Counted from the first letter of the stretch, positions 10,190 to 20,243 are shown. The stretch: DNA of 64,000 nucleotides from Candidatus Calditenuaceae archaeon HR02 (GCA_002898395.1 BEHE01000011.1:14276-78275), one strand, 5' to 3'. The notes: a model not told the origin generated them from the sequence alone. Numbers and translations are program-made.

Positions 10190-11317
10190 ATGTCTCAGAC
10201 AAGGGCCTATTATGTTGTGCTCGCAGCGTTTCTAATAGCCATACTGGTTTTGGGACTCATTATGGAAGATGCTGAAGCCTTTAGGATATCCCGCAGAACA
10301 AGAACCAGAACAATAACGAGAACAACCACTTCAACGTCTACAACATCATCAACAACCACTTCACAGTACTCTGACACTTTTCCTGCGGTGAATCCGCTCA
10401 TTCTCGGAACCTGCCCCCCAGAGGTTCATGACAGATACTATGTGATAGGGCCCGATGGACGCAAGTATAGGACATGGCATCCCGTAACCGTGCCTATAGA
10501 CCCCAAAGACCCATCTAAGGGGACATGCACTTTTGCACACGAACACGGTGATAATCCTCGGCAGGGCCAGTTCAGAGACTTGCCACCCTTCGGGTATGCT
10601 GCGAAGGTTGCGGGAATGGTTGAGGAGATAGCTGCCCACGCGGGTTTCAAGGTCTTCTACAAACGTATGTCTGGGAACGGGCTGGGGAACTACGCCGAGT
10701 GGCGTATCGTGGTTCATCAGGGAACAGCTGGAGCTAGAAGGCTTGTCCAGTCATTTCACAGTATCCAGATTGACGTGGTGGACTCGGCTGGAAGAGTGAC
10801 CAAGGTTAGTTTGATGGCCCCGACTGGAGAGCTAAACCCCAAGTGCGGCCCACGTGTAGGCGATAGAATTATTCCCGATGAAGAGTGTGTGAGGAGAGGG
10901 TTGTTCTACGAGGTGTGGTACTTTACTGTACGTGTGGGAGAGGGCACGGTCAACGGGGCCAAGTTCTTCGCAGCCCCAGGCATAGCTGTCTACAACCCGA
11001 TGACTTACATGAAGATAGGAGATTTGTCTAAAGTTTACCCGATATGCAGTGTAGTTGAGGGCCTACCCTTCGGCGACCCGCGGAGCTTCTTCCTCGGCAA
11101 CATGAGGGCTGTCGAGCATCCCGACTTCGGGTGGGGCAACCCAGGGTCCGCTGAATTCTGGACAGATGCATTTGGCAGAGAAACTACGGGTAGCTGCGAC
11201 CATACAAGATGTATAAGACAGAGGGTTCCCACCGGGTATTATGCATGGTTTGACGACGACTCTGTCTTCGACTGGCCATGGATAGATCTTCCGCTGGGCG
11301 CGCCGGGCGGAAACTAG
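10190..11317 (+). CDS. Secreted/membrane-anchored hypothetical protein with Thr-rich linker and His/Cys-rich domain
   Basis: Signal-like N-terminus, R/T/S-rich stretch, TWHP..CTFAHEHGDNP..HAGFK..HQGT..FHS. Confidence 0.75.
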   Translation: MSQTRAYYVVLAAFLIAILVLGLIMEDAEAFRISRRTRTRTITRTTTSTSTTSSTTTSQYSDTFPAVNPLILGTCPPEVHDRYYVIGPDGRKYRTWHPVTVPIDPKDPSKGTCTFAHEHGDNPRQGQFRDLPPFGYAAKVAGMVEEIAAHAGFKVFYKRMSGNGLGNYAEWRIVVHQGTAGARRLVQSFHSIQIDVVDSAGRVTKVSLMAPTGELNPKCGPRVGDRIIPDEECVRRGLFYEVWYFTVRVGEGTVNGAKFFAAPGIAVYNPMTYMKIGDLSKVYPICSVVEGLPFGDPRSFFLGNMRAVEHPDFGWGNPGSAEFWTDAFGRETTGSCDHTRCIRQRVPTGYYAWFDDDSVFDWPWIDLPLGAPGGN

Positions 11318-11429
11318 CGAGCAGCCGCTGAACAACAAAAGCTATTCTGTCGGTGAAGCACTGGCCTGTCTAAGGAAAAATCGTAAAGTGAATTGTGGCG
11401 ATAGTCTTTTATAAACGTCTGTAAACTAC

Positions 11430-12000
11430 ATGGGCTAAAGAAATACAGTTACCGCCTCTCCCATATGCGTACAACGCTCTTGAGCCCGTGATATCTGCTG
11501 AAAATCATGAACCTTCACCACATCAAGCATCATTAAGCATATGACAACGGCGCAGATGCAGCACTCGAGCGGCTTGAGAAAAATCGTAAAGACGAGAACC
11601 CAGAGAACATATGAGACATTCTACGAGACCCCAGCGAACACAAGCTCCACTTAGTAAGGGTGGGGGACCCTGGTAGGTGCAATAGCCGACCAGATTAACA
11701 AAGACTTAGACAGCGTCGAAAACTTCAAAAAAACAGTTCAGCGATGCGGAGAATAACGTCGAGGCTGTGAGATGGGCTATTCTCACCTACGACCAAGAGT
11801 CAGAGGCACACATCACCTACCAAGTGGAAAAGTAAAACTTCATGCATCCACCAAACCTCACCATGCTGCTCACCCTCGACTTATGGGAACACACCGACTA
11901 TCTCCGATACAAAAATGACCCCGCCACGTACATAGACAAATGGTTGGAGGCAGCCAACTGGGACGACTTAGAGAAAAGGTTCTCCAAAGTGAAAGTCTAA
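11430..12000 (+). pseudogene. sod: Fe/Mn superoxide dismutase pseudogene
   Basis: Pieces LPPLPYAYNALEPVISAE, MNLHHIKHH*AY, LDLWEHTDYLRYKND, NWDDLEKRFSKVKV* separated by frameshifts, stops and a deletion. Confidence 0.9.
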
Positions 12001-12038
12001 AACTTTTTTGCAGCGGGTCGTTGACGCGAGGATTATCG

Positions 12039-12385
12039 TTAGTGTTGCGCTGCGAGGCCCAGCGCGGTAGCGCCATAGTATTCGAAGATAGCTGATAGGA
12101 TTATCGGGGCTGTGAGTGATGTGAGGGCTGTGGCTGTGTCGTTGAGACCCATGACTTTCCTTTTTCGGCCGCATATGTCTCGCCGGAGCTGAGGGCTATC
12201 GAGCCCACGGTTGCCGCGCTCCACCCCACGCTGACAAGAAAAATCCCCCAAGTAACCATGTCGAGGCTTTTGCTGACCGCTATTATGCAGGAGCCGAGGC
12301 AGCCGACAACCACGCCGGTAGCCGTGACAGGCACTCTTCCAAAACCGTCGGCTTCCCTTCCCAATGGTATAGAGAAGACGTACAT
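12039..12385 (-). pseudogene. MFS transporter fragment, frameshifted
   Basis: GREADGFGRVPV (motif A-like) in 12101-12385 continuing in another frame as KVMGLNDTATALTSLTAPII. Confidence 0.65.
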
Positions 12386-12994
12386 TCTTATGACGTGGAA
12401 GATGGGTGCTGGGGATGCTGGAGAAGACCTCCCTAAGGTAGGGTGGGAGCTCTACAGGGATGTGTAACTCTCATCCGAGTCTAGGACGGCGATCGAGATT
12501 GGGGACAGGAGCAAGAGAACGGCATCACCTAATTGGCCAAGGGTCTTCGACTGTAGCGATAGCTATAGACACACTGGGCTCGGCCAGGCCCTCCATGAGG
12601 CTTTGGCTAGGAGGGTCTCCTGCATAGGGGGCGTGACCTGATAGCGATCCTGCACAGCCTGATGGGAGCCGGAGGATAATCATCCCCATAGAGGTCCGCG
12701 AACTTGTTAATCAGCTCAGGGCCTTCCATAGGTTTGAGACCCAGACAGGCGGCGTGAATTATAAGGCCCCGCGAGGGCAGCATGACGACTATGTCACGGG
12801 CTTTGCCCGAGCTGTCGGAGCGGCTGTAAAAGGGGCTGGCACCTAGTGCGTTGATTTAGAGGATCTGGGATTGGCCAACAGGTTCACGCAGCCTCCTCTA
12901 GAACGTCCGCAACCTTTACGGAGAGCATGCCCTAGTATGATCAGGACCCCTCCACAGGAAGTCCAAGAGCCAAAACAGATATAATGTTTGGGGC

Positions 12995-13417
12995 TTGAGG
13001 CCGGCCCTAGGGGTATTGCCTGCGAGGAGGAGAGTTAGGTTAGAGGTTGTGGGCGACGATGGAGACAGGCTGACGGTCATACTTGAGGGAAGGGTTACGA
13101 GGGAGAAGATCATGCAGCTCGCAGACCTCGTAGATCTCTATGGCGGAGGCTCCTCCCCCCAGCAGCCGGTGGAAAATAAGCTGACTAGGCTTGCGAGGAT
13201 GATTGAGAAGAGATTTCCTTATGCCGAGTTCACCTCGAGGGATGTGGTTGAGGCATATGAGGCGGAGTATGGCGAGAAGCTGACCCTGAGCACAGCCTCC
13301 ACCTACCTCTCGAGGCTGGCTGAGAGGGGGTTCCTCGAGAGGGCCGGCGGCATGCTGAATAATATCAGGTACCGGCTCCTGAGGGGCAAGGTCGAGGAGG
13401 TTGAGGGCGACCAGTAG
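12995..13417 (+). CDS. Winged-helix DNA-binding protein, conserved archaeal hypothetical
   Basis: FTSRDVVEAYEAEYGEKLTLSTASTYLSRLAERGFLER wHTH pattern. Confidence 0.75.
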   Translation: MRPALGVLPARRRVRLEVVGDDGDRLTVILEGRVTREKIMQLADLVDLYGGGSSPQQPVENKLTRLARMIEKRFPYAEFTSRDVVEAYEAEYGEKLTLSTASTYLSRLAERGFLERAGGMLNNIRYRLLRGKVEEVEGDQ

Positions 13418-13802
13418 CTCTTCCAGCCATCCTCTCCAATATCTCAAGTGCATCCTCCATCTCTCCGCTTTCCAGGGCCTGACTGAGCTCAAGGAGCCAG
13501 GCGAAGCGTCTCTCGCCTAAGAGGCCCAAGTATCCTAGGAGTAGGAAGGTGTGGATAGATTGGGAGATGTTACGCAGGGCGTGTCGGAGTATTTTGGCGT
13601 AGGTTCCACGCGAGACGCCCAGGAGCCGGGCCTTCTCCTCAAAGGTCCTTCTCATCCCTGTCGCATAGTCCTCGGCCTCCAGCCTGAGCGCCTCAAACTG
13701 CCTCCTCGTCAGGGATGAGCCGCTAAGGAGGGCCCTGAGAACCGGGTCTTCCCCGGGAATAGAGCCCCTCTCCTCCAAGAGGAGCTCGAGCGGATAAGTC
13801 AA
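13365..13802 (-). CDS. HTH-containing hypothetical protein
   Basis: LTRRQFEAL...TFEEKARLLGVSRGTYAKILRHA, sigma-70 region 4-like HTH. Confidence 0.7.
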   Translation of the reverse strand: MTYPLELLLEERGSIPGEDPVLRALLSGSSLTRRQFEALRLEAEDYATGMRRTFEEKARLLGVSRGTYAKILRHALRNISQSIHTFLLLGYLGLLGERRFAWLLELSQALESGEMEDALEILERMAGRATGRPQPPRPCPSGAGT

Positions 13803-13847
13803 GCATCGCCCACCTCCCTGCTAGCCATTTTTGTCAACACTCTCTGA

Positions 13848-14687
13848 TTAGTGCTCGCCACCATCCAGGCCCACCCCACTCTCGAGGGACTCTCCACGTA
13901 TTACCTCGCCCCTAAGCCTTGAGAGCACCTCCCCGGCAAGGGCCTCGTAAGCCCTCGCCGCCTCCGTGTCGGGGGCGTAGACTATTAGGGGGATCCTGTG
14001 GAAGTGCCCCTCCTCGGCCTTGACGCTCATGGGGATCTCGGTTTTGAGTAATCCCTCTCCAAGCCTGGCCCTGAGGTCGCTTCTAACCTCCCTTGTGACC
14101 CTATACCTGTTGTCAACCATTGTCAAAAAGTGGCCTAGAATCTCAACTTTCCTGCCGAGCCTCTTACTCATCAGGTGTATTATCTGGTATAGCCGCCTAA
14201 GCCCCTCTATGCTATAGAGTCGGGGCTGGACAGGGACAAGGATATGGGTCGAGGCGTATAGGGCATTAAATGTCAATACGCCGAGGCTTGGCGGAGTATC
14301 CACCAATACGACATCATATTTGGGTAGCTCCGGCTCCAAGACTGTGGCCAGGACTGCTTCTCTGCCAGGCTGACGGGCAATTCTATCCTCGGCGGCGGCT
14401 AGGGACTCGTTGCTAGGCGCGACATATAGACCCCGTATAAGCCCCACCTCTCTCACAACCTGTCCTAGGTCGTGGACCCCAAGGAGGGCGGCTGTAATGG
14501 TTCTAGAGGGTTCGCCGGCGTCTATGCCGAGGGAGAGGGCGAGGTGTCCTTGGGGGTCCATGTCCACCGCCAACACCCTGAGGCCGTGCCTTAGGGCTAG
14601 AGCCGATGCGAGGTTAACGACGCTTGTCGTCTTCCCAACTCCGCCCTTCTGGTTGCTAACAGCTATCACCCACGTCACACACGTCAC
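13848..14687 (-). CDS. parA: ParA/Soj/SegA-family ATPase
   Basis: Deviant Walker A NQKGGVGKTT, DMDPQG, VDTPPSLG. Confidence 0.92.
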   Translation of the reverse strand: MTCVTWVIAVSNQKGGVGKTTSVVNLASALALRHGLRVLAVDMDPQGHLALSLGIDAGEPSRTITAALLGVHDLGQVVREVGLIRGLYVAPSNESLAAAEDRIARQPGREAVLATVLEPELPKYDVVLVDTPPSLGVLTFNALYASTHILVPVQPRLYSIEGLRRLYQIIHLMSKRLGRKVEILGHFLTMVDNRYRVTREVRSDLRARLGEGLLKTEIPMSVKAEEGHFHRIPLIVYAPDTEAARAYEALAGEVLSRLRGEVIRGESLESGVGLDGGEH

Positions 14688-14689
14688 CC

Positions 14690-15031
14690 CTATCCCCCAC
14701 GCCCTACACGGGCGACAAGTTCCCTAATCCCGATTTTCACCGACATCCTAAGCACCTTCGAGTATAGCCCCCGCGGATCGCCGAGCGGCCCCTGCATCTC
14801 GGCCAGCCTCAAGACGACACTCTCTAGTAGGTCATAGTCCTCCGGGTCTATGTAGAAGTGGACCTTCCTCCGCCTCTGCCTTGCTCGGTCTGCAGGCTTA
14901 TTAGTGGGCTGCACCGCCGGTGCCTCGGGTGCGAGTAGGTCCTCGATGGTTGGTAGGAGCCGGTCGAGATAGTCGGCTGGTATGCGCCTAGACGATGGGT
15001 CAGGCATGGTGAAGTCATCCACATCGCCCAC
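14690..15031 (-). CDS. Small putative ribbon-helix-helix protein (ParG/SegB-like partner)
   Basis: Flexible Pro-rich N-terminus then RRRKVHFYIDPEDYDLLESVV...LYSKVLRMSV; directly upstream of parA. Confidence 0.55.
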   Translation of the reverse strand: MGDVDDFTMPDPSSRRIPADYLDRLLPTIEDLLAPEAPAVQPTNKPADRARQRRRKVHFYIDPEDYDLLESVVLRLAEMQGPLGDPRGLYSKVLRMSVKIGIRELVARVGRGG

Positions 15032-15182
15032 GTTTTATATATTGCACATGTCACCCACGGGAAACATATCCTCTGTAATATCGGCGTATTTATTGCCGGC
15101 CTAAACTGTTCACCTATTTCACCAAAATTCTTGGCTATTGTAAACAAAAACTTAAATATAAGTCATTTTCTAAATTTCATAA

Positions 15183-15217
15183 ATAGTCTATAGTCTTATA
15201 GTCTATAACTTATAACA
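15183..15217. repeat. Tandem ATAGTCT x3 followed by ATAAC x2 in an AT-rich tract
   Basis: atagtct atagtct t atagtct ataact t ataaca, upstream of the RHH-parA operon. Confidence 0.7.
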
Positions 15218-15425
15218 TCAATCACCGCGGTGGTATGGATACGGGGCCCGCCCGCAGGTAGGGGGGTGAGGCCGGGAAGGTGGAGGAGGGAATGTAGGCT
15301 GGAGGCGCCGTACTGGAGTAGCCGTTGGGGGGCGGAGGATCGTTGCAGAGGCTGAGAAGATGCTGGAGGAGGTGCTAGATCCCTATTCAGACTTTCTGCT
15401 GGATACTGAGCGGCTCAAACAGCGG

Positions 15426-15914
15426 CTAGGAGAGAAGCTCTCTTAGCCTCTCCATCAGCCTCCACACCCTGTCTCCGGGATGGTGGATGTTTTCGGCGAC
15501 CCGCCCCCGACTCCTGGGCTGGATGGAGCCGCTGTCAACGAGTGCCCTGCATATGGCCAGGGCCCTGTCGTGCCTCTCATCCCTGACGACGACTAGGTTG
15601 CCCGCGCCGAAGTTCCCCCGGACCTTGACGACGCCAGGCCCCATGACGTCCGCCCCTCCAGCAATCTTAGCCACAGCTCCCATGTCGACGACGAGGCTCG
15701 GCATCGAGCGCAGCAGTGTCGCGTTTGCCTGCTCGTCTAGGGCTGGGAACCGGAGTCCGCCTTCCTGTGCGAGTATCAGACCGTCAAGCCAGTAGAGCCT
15801 GGCGCCCTCATCCTCCAGCACAGCACCCTCCTTCACGCGGCTCCCGACACCGAGGCCCGCAAACTCCTCACAGACCCTCCGCAAATCACTCTTACTCAGC
15901 CTGTGGAATTTCAA
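15426..15914 (-). CDS. PUA-domain RNA-binding protein (MCT-1/Tma20-like)
   Basis: VVDMGAVAKIAGGADVMGPGV, NIHHPGD. Confidence 0.85.
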   Translation of the reverse strand: MKFHRLSKSDLRRVCEEFAGLGVGSRVKEGAVLEDEGARLYWLDGLILAQEGGLRFPALDEQANATLLRSMPSLVVDMGAVAKIAGGADVMGPGVVKVRGNFGAGNLVVVRDERHDRALAICRALVDSGSIQPRSRGRVAENIHHPGDRVWRLMERLRELLS

Positions 15915-15960
15915 GCCAGCTACACGAAGTTTAGTCTACTGCCAAGCCATAAAAGCTACG

Positions 15961-16293
15961 GTGAGGCGGGGGAGCAGGATGCCCAAGCGTCTGAGCAAGG
16001 TGGAGGCCGCTAGGCTCGTGCCAACTATTAGGCCGTGGAGGCTCCGTGGAAGATATATCGTGAGGAGTTTGAGGACACGCGACTTCGCCGAGTCCCTCAG
16101 TCTCTTGAACAGGATTGCAAAGGCTGCGGAGAGGATGGGACACCACCCTGACGTGGAGCTAGGCTACGGCTACTTGAGGCTGAGGCTCACAACACACGAC
16201 GCCGGTGGGTTGACGGTCCGCGACTTCAGGCTCGCCGAGAGTATTGAGAAGATTATCGACGCGTGGAGGAGGGCTAGGCCTGCTCGGAGATGA
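15961..16293 (+). CDS. Pterin-4-alpha-carbinolamine dehydratase
   Basis: AERMGHHPD, LTTHDAGGLTVRDFRLA. Confidence 0.92.
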   Translation: MRRGSRMPKRLSKVEAARLVPTIRPWRLRGRYIVRSLRTRDFAESLSLLNRIAKAAERMGHHPDVELGYGYLRLRLTTHDAGGLTVRDFRLAESIEKIIDAWRRARPARR

Positions 16294-17323
16294 GCCTCAG
16301 GGCCTCCAGCGTCAGCTTATAGGCTGCCTCCAAGTCCCTCAGGTCCAAGACTAGGTGGGGTGAGTGGAGGTACCGACAGGGGACGCCGACCACGCCGGTA
16401 GCCACGCCCTTACCGTGCAGGTGAATCCTACCCGCATCAGTCGCGCTCCCCGAAACTATCTGGGGCTGATAGGACACGCCAGCCCTCTCGGCCGCCCGAA
16501 CCAGGAGGGAGTAGAACCTCCTATTAGTTATCATAGACGAGTCCATTATCCTAAGGGCGGCTCCGCGGCCGAGACGGGTTACGCGGCTCCGCTCTGGGAC
16601 TCCGGGAGTGTCAGCCGCCACCGTCCCCTCCAGGACAATAGCGTATTGGGGGTTGACGCTGTTCACGGCGGTTGCGGCGCCCCTCAGCCCAACCTCCTCC
16701 TGGACTGTGAAGACTGCGTGGAGCTCGACGCCTATCTCCTCAGCCGCGGCCGCCCTAACCACAAGGGCGGAGATGACGCATCCAACCCTATCGTCGAAGG
16801 CCTTGCCCATGACCCTCGCGCCTAGAAGTCTGACGAAGTGGGCGGGGAAGGTGGCATAGCACCCAACCTTGACGCCGGCCGCCTCAGCTTCCTCCCTACT
16901 CGAGGCGCCTATGTCTATGTGGAGCTCCCTCAGCTCCGGCGTCCTCTTAACCTCCTCCTGTGTCGTGATGTGGGGTGGCTGGGCTCCTATACAGCCCTCC
17001 AGCGGTCCCTTCTCGGAGTGGACGACGACCCTCTGGCCTACGAGGACCCGCGCGTCAAGCCCGCCCAGGTTTGTGAAGCTCAGGTATCCCTCATCATCTA
17101 TCCAGCTCACCATCATAGCCACCTCGTCCATGTGGGCGGCGAGCATCACCCTCGGTCCCCTACCACCAACCCTGACGATAAGGTTCCCCATCACATCCTT
17201 CTCCACCGAGACAGCATAGTCCGCTAGGAATCCCCTAATCTCCTCTGCCACCGCGTCCTCGCCCCCCGGCGGCGCATAGCTCGTGCTAAGCCTCTCCAAG
17301 AGCCTGAGAGCCTCCTCCATCAC
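16274..17323 (-). CDS. M42-family (TET) aminopeptidase
   Basis: AAHMDE, KAFDDRVG, QEEVGLRGA, RYLHSP. Confidence 0.93.
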   Translation of the reverse strand: MMEEALRLLERLSTSYAPPGGEDAVAEEIRGFLADYAVSVEKDVMGNLIVRVGGRGPRVMLAAHMDEVAMMVSWIDDEGYLSFTNLGGLDARVLVGQRVVVHSEKGPLEGCIGAQPPHITTQEEVKRTPELRELHIDIGASSREEAEAAGVKVGCYATFPAHFVRLLGARVMGKAFDDRVGCVISALVVRAAAAEEIGVELHAVFTVQEEVGLRGAATAVNSVNPQYAIVLEGTVAADTPGVPERSRVTRLGRGAALRIMDSSMITNRRFYSLLVRAAERAGVSYQPQIVSGSATDAGRIHLHGKGVATGVVGVPCRYLHSPHLVLDLRDLEAAYKLTLEALRLISEQA

Positions 17324-17413
17324 AGAGTAGGGGCGGCCTACTCAGCATAAAAATCGTTACCCAACCAACACCCTGGGCATGTCTTTATCACCAGCCGCCG
17401 CGCTGAGCATAGC

Positions 17414-18205
17414 TTGGAGGGTGGCGCGGCGCTGGCCAGGCTCCTCGTCCTAAAACTCGGAGGCTCCTTGGTCACTGAGAAGAGGATGGGCGGTGCTGTC
17501 AGGGTTGAGGCGCTTAGGAGGATTGGTGAGGCGCTCAAAGAAATCGCGGATAGGCCCTTGATAATTGTTCACGGTGGAGGGGGCAGGGTCCACGAGGTGG
17601 CTGGCGAGTACAGGGTCGCCCTGGGCACTGCCTCTCCTCGCGGAGTCGAGGGCTTCGTCAAGACCTCCATCGAGACTAGGAGGCTGAACCTCCAGGTAAC
17701 GGAGATACTCGCGCAGGTCGGGCTCAGATGCGTAGGGTTCTCCTCAACCGCGGTCTTCCAGACTAGAAGAGGAAAAATAGTCACCGCAGGCCTCGACCCG
17801 ATACTCGCCGCACTAGACAATGGTCTCGCTCCAATCCTCACTGGCGATGTGGTCTTCGACAGGGAGCTCGGCTTCACGGTCCTCTCAGGAGACACGATAG
17901 CGGTTGACCTCTCGCTAAGGCTAGGGGCGGAGAGGCTCGTCTTCGCAACAGATGTGGACGGAATATTTGAGCATCCCGGCGAGGGTGCCAGGCTTTTGAG
18001 AGAGCTTGACAGAAGGACTCTAGCCTCGGTGAGGTTTGGAGATGTGGGTGACGTGACTGGCGGAATGGCCTCGAAGGTTGAGGAGGCTTTGAGGGCCGCT
18101 GAGGCAGGTGTTGAGGTTTACGTCGTGAACGGCCTTAAGCCCTCCCGGGTTGTGGACGCGCTGCTGGGGAGGGAGACGATAGGGACGAGGATTCTAGGAC
18201 AATAG
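17414..18205 (+). CDS. Isopentenyl phosphate kinase
   Basis: LKLGGSLVTEK, VHGGG...H, GDVV, LSGD, DVTGGMASKV. Confidence 0.85.
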   Translation: MEGGAALARLLVLKLGGSLVTEKRMGGAVRVEALRRIGEALKEIADRPLIIVHGGGGRVHEVAGEYRVALGTASPRGVEGFVKTSIETRRLNLQVTEILAQVGLRCVGFSSTAVFQTRRGKIVTAGLDPILAALDNGLAPILTGDVVFDRELGFTVLSGDTIAVDLSLRLGAERLVFATDVDGIFEHPGEGARLLRELDRRTLASVRFGDVGDVTGGMASKVEEALRAAEAGVEVYVVNGLKPSRVVDALLGRETIGTRILGQ

Positions 18206-19195
18206 CTTTACTGGCGCCCCGCTCGCCGCAGACCTGTAGCACGCCTCCTTGAAGGCCGCCACCTTCAAGCCGTCTTCCGCACTAGCGGCAGGCTTCTCCA
18301 ACCCCCTAATAGCCCTAACAAAGTTGGTGAGCGGGCTTGAGGAGGGCGGAACCTCTCCCATAGGCCGCCTCACACTCTGCGCCTCACTATCCATAACCCA
18401 GACATTCCTAGAGCCGAGCTCGTCGAGATAGGAGAGGAGGCCGCCTGGACAGTATATCCTCAGCCTCTCTGACCAGAGAGGTGCATCGCCCATCAGGGAT
18501 ATACTTGCCACACATCCGTCAAACCAGGCAGTGATCGCTGCCACGAGCTCGGCGCCCCAGCCCTCCTTTGAAGATAAGGCTGCGTATACCGCGCGGGGCA
18601 GCCCACCCATAATCCAGAGCACCATGTCGACGATGTGGCTCCCAGAGTCCATCAGGAAGCCCCCGCCTGCGAGCCTCGGGTCTGCCCTCCAAGTCCCCCT
18701 CGAGAGCCTCGTCCAGTCCTGAGAGAGCTGGTGCTCTATGTATACAGGTCTGCCAAGACCTCTAGGCGAAGCCATCTGCTTAATGTATCTGAATAGGCCG
18801 TCGGTCCTCCTCTGATACCCGACAGCGACTACGCGGCCGGACTCCTCAGCGGCTTTCACGACCTCCCGCGCCTCCTCAACACTAATAACCATGGGCTTCT
18901 CGACTAGGACATGGAGGCCTCTCTTCAGAGCCTCGAGTATCTGCCCCGTGTGGTAGGCGTGGGGCGTGAGTACTAGGACGCCGTCGAGGTTCTCGCGGTC
19001 AAGCATCTCAATGTAGTCTGAGTATTCCTTCGCGCCGCCGAGGTGGGGTGCGGCCGCCTTCAGCCTGGCAACCGCTTCCCTGTTCGGGTCGCAGAGGGCG
19101 ACGACCTCAGCGCCCAGCTCCCCAGTGAGGGACTTAGCGTGGAAGCCGGCTATTCCTCCGCAGCCTATGAAGGCGAGCCTCAGCCTATCACTCAT
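18194..19195 (-). CDS. Gfo/Idh/MocA oxidoreductase
   Basis: IGCGGIA, HVLVEKPM, GGGFLMDSGSH. Confidence 0.9.
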   Translation of the reverse strand: MSDRLRLAFIGCGGIAGFHAKSLTGELGAEVVALCDPNREAVARLKAAAPHLGGAKEYSDYIEMLDRENLDGVLVLTPHAYHTGQILEALKRGLHVLVEKPMVISVEEAREVVKAAEESGRVVAVGYQRRTDGLFRYIKQMASPRGLGRPVYIEHQLSQDWTRLSRGTWRADPRLAGGGFLMDSGSHIVDMVLWIMGGLPRAVYAALSSKEGWGAELVAAITAWFDGCVASISLMGDAPLWSERLRIYCPGGLLSYLDELGSRNVWVMDSEAQSVRRPMGEVPPSSSPLTNFVRAIRGLEKPAASAEDGLKVAAFKEACYRSAASGAPVKLLS

Positions 19196-19329
19196 TGAAC
19201 CTTCCCCTGACACTTGTCGCAAACCCTCTTACCCTTAACCATCACCAGCTTCTCAGTCTTCCTACCGCAGAGCTGGCACCTGGGCATCCCACCCCAACAC
19301 CCCTAAACCCCACACGTATCTAGCAGGGC

Positions 19330-20157
19330 TTAACCCTTTCCCCAGCCCTTGCGAGTGGCTAGAGCCAGCCTCTCCAGCTGCGTGGTCGAGAGTTTAGCCG
19401 GGAACCCTATGAGAAGCCTTACACCGCTCGAGACCAGGCAGGCCACCCTCTCAGCCGCCTCACCGACGCTCCCGACTATCGAGACCCTTAAAGCCTCCCG
19501 CAAGCCCAGAGAGCCTCCCCCCAGAGCCTCGACAAGCCTCTTCCTCCGCCGGGCATAAGAGACCAAGACCCTCTCAGCCTCCCCAACCACCCCATCGCCT
19601 ATGTAGAACGGCGCATAGACCGCCACACCCCTCTTCGGCGAGTCAGCGAATCTCCTCACCTCCTCCACGCCCTCGTCTAGTAGGAGGAAGGGTATGCAGC
19701 TTATGCTGCCACAGATTTGCCTCGAGACTTTCTCGACGTTCTCGGTCCCCAGAAGCATAAGCCTCCCGTTCAGAACCTTCTCTGCAGCCATGCACGCAGA
19801 CCAGAGGAGCCTGCCGGGCCTGACTGAGGCCTCATCGGCGCTTAGGTAGGCCGGGTTCCCCGCGACAATACACAGCCCCATCGAGTCGCGCCTAGACAGT
19901 ATCTCGAGGTAGCCTGGCAAGAGGCTGTTGAAGTCACCACGTCTCACAGGGACTGTTGGGACAATAGCGGGCCCACCTATCTCCTCGGAGAACTTGGCTA
20001 CGGCCTCGACGTCCACGGGCTGGAGGTCGTCAACTGCCCTCTCAGAATCTAAGACTATAACATCGAAGCCGATACTAGACGCCGACTCTACTATGCGGAT
20101 AAGCTCCCTCCTCTTAGCCTTGCGGCTTAGGCCAAGCATGCTAGGCTTCAGAGCCAA
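19330..20157 (-). CDS. Hypothetical TIM-barrel/luciferase-like protein resembling a haloarchaeal uncharacterised family
   Basis: ALKP start, VPVRRGDF, VAGNPAYL, GTE.VE, VAVYAP, GFPA pattern. Confidence 0.55.
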   Translation of the reverse strand: MALKPSMLGLSRKAKRRELIRIVESASSIGFDVIVLDSERAVDDLQPVDVEAVAKFSEEIGGPAIVPTVPVRRGDFNSLLPGYLEILSRRDSMGLCIVAGNPAYLSADEASVRPGRLLWSACMAAEKVLNGRLMLLGTENVEKVSRQICGSISCIPFLLLDEGVEEVRRFADSPKRGVAVYAPFYIGDGVVGEAERVLVSYARRRKRLVEALGGGSLGLREALRVSIVGSVGEAAERVACLVSSGVRLLIGFPAKLSTTQLERLALATRKGWGKG

Positions 20158-20243
20158 GCCCAGCTGGAACTAGACCACCGCTCATGCCTTACCGATATGT
20201 GGCTCTCCCCGAGCTTTTAAGGATTACTGACCAGCCTAACCCA

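Noticed and set aside
15330-15445. Short + strand reading frame ending MLEEVLDPYSDFLLDTERLKQRLGEKLS
   Set aside because: Too short, no clear start, overlaps the PUA gene end.
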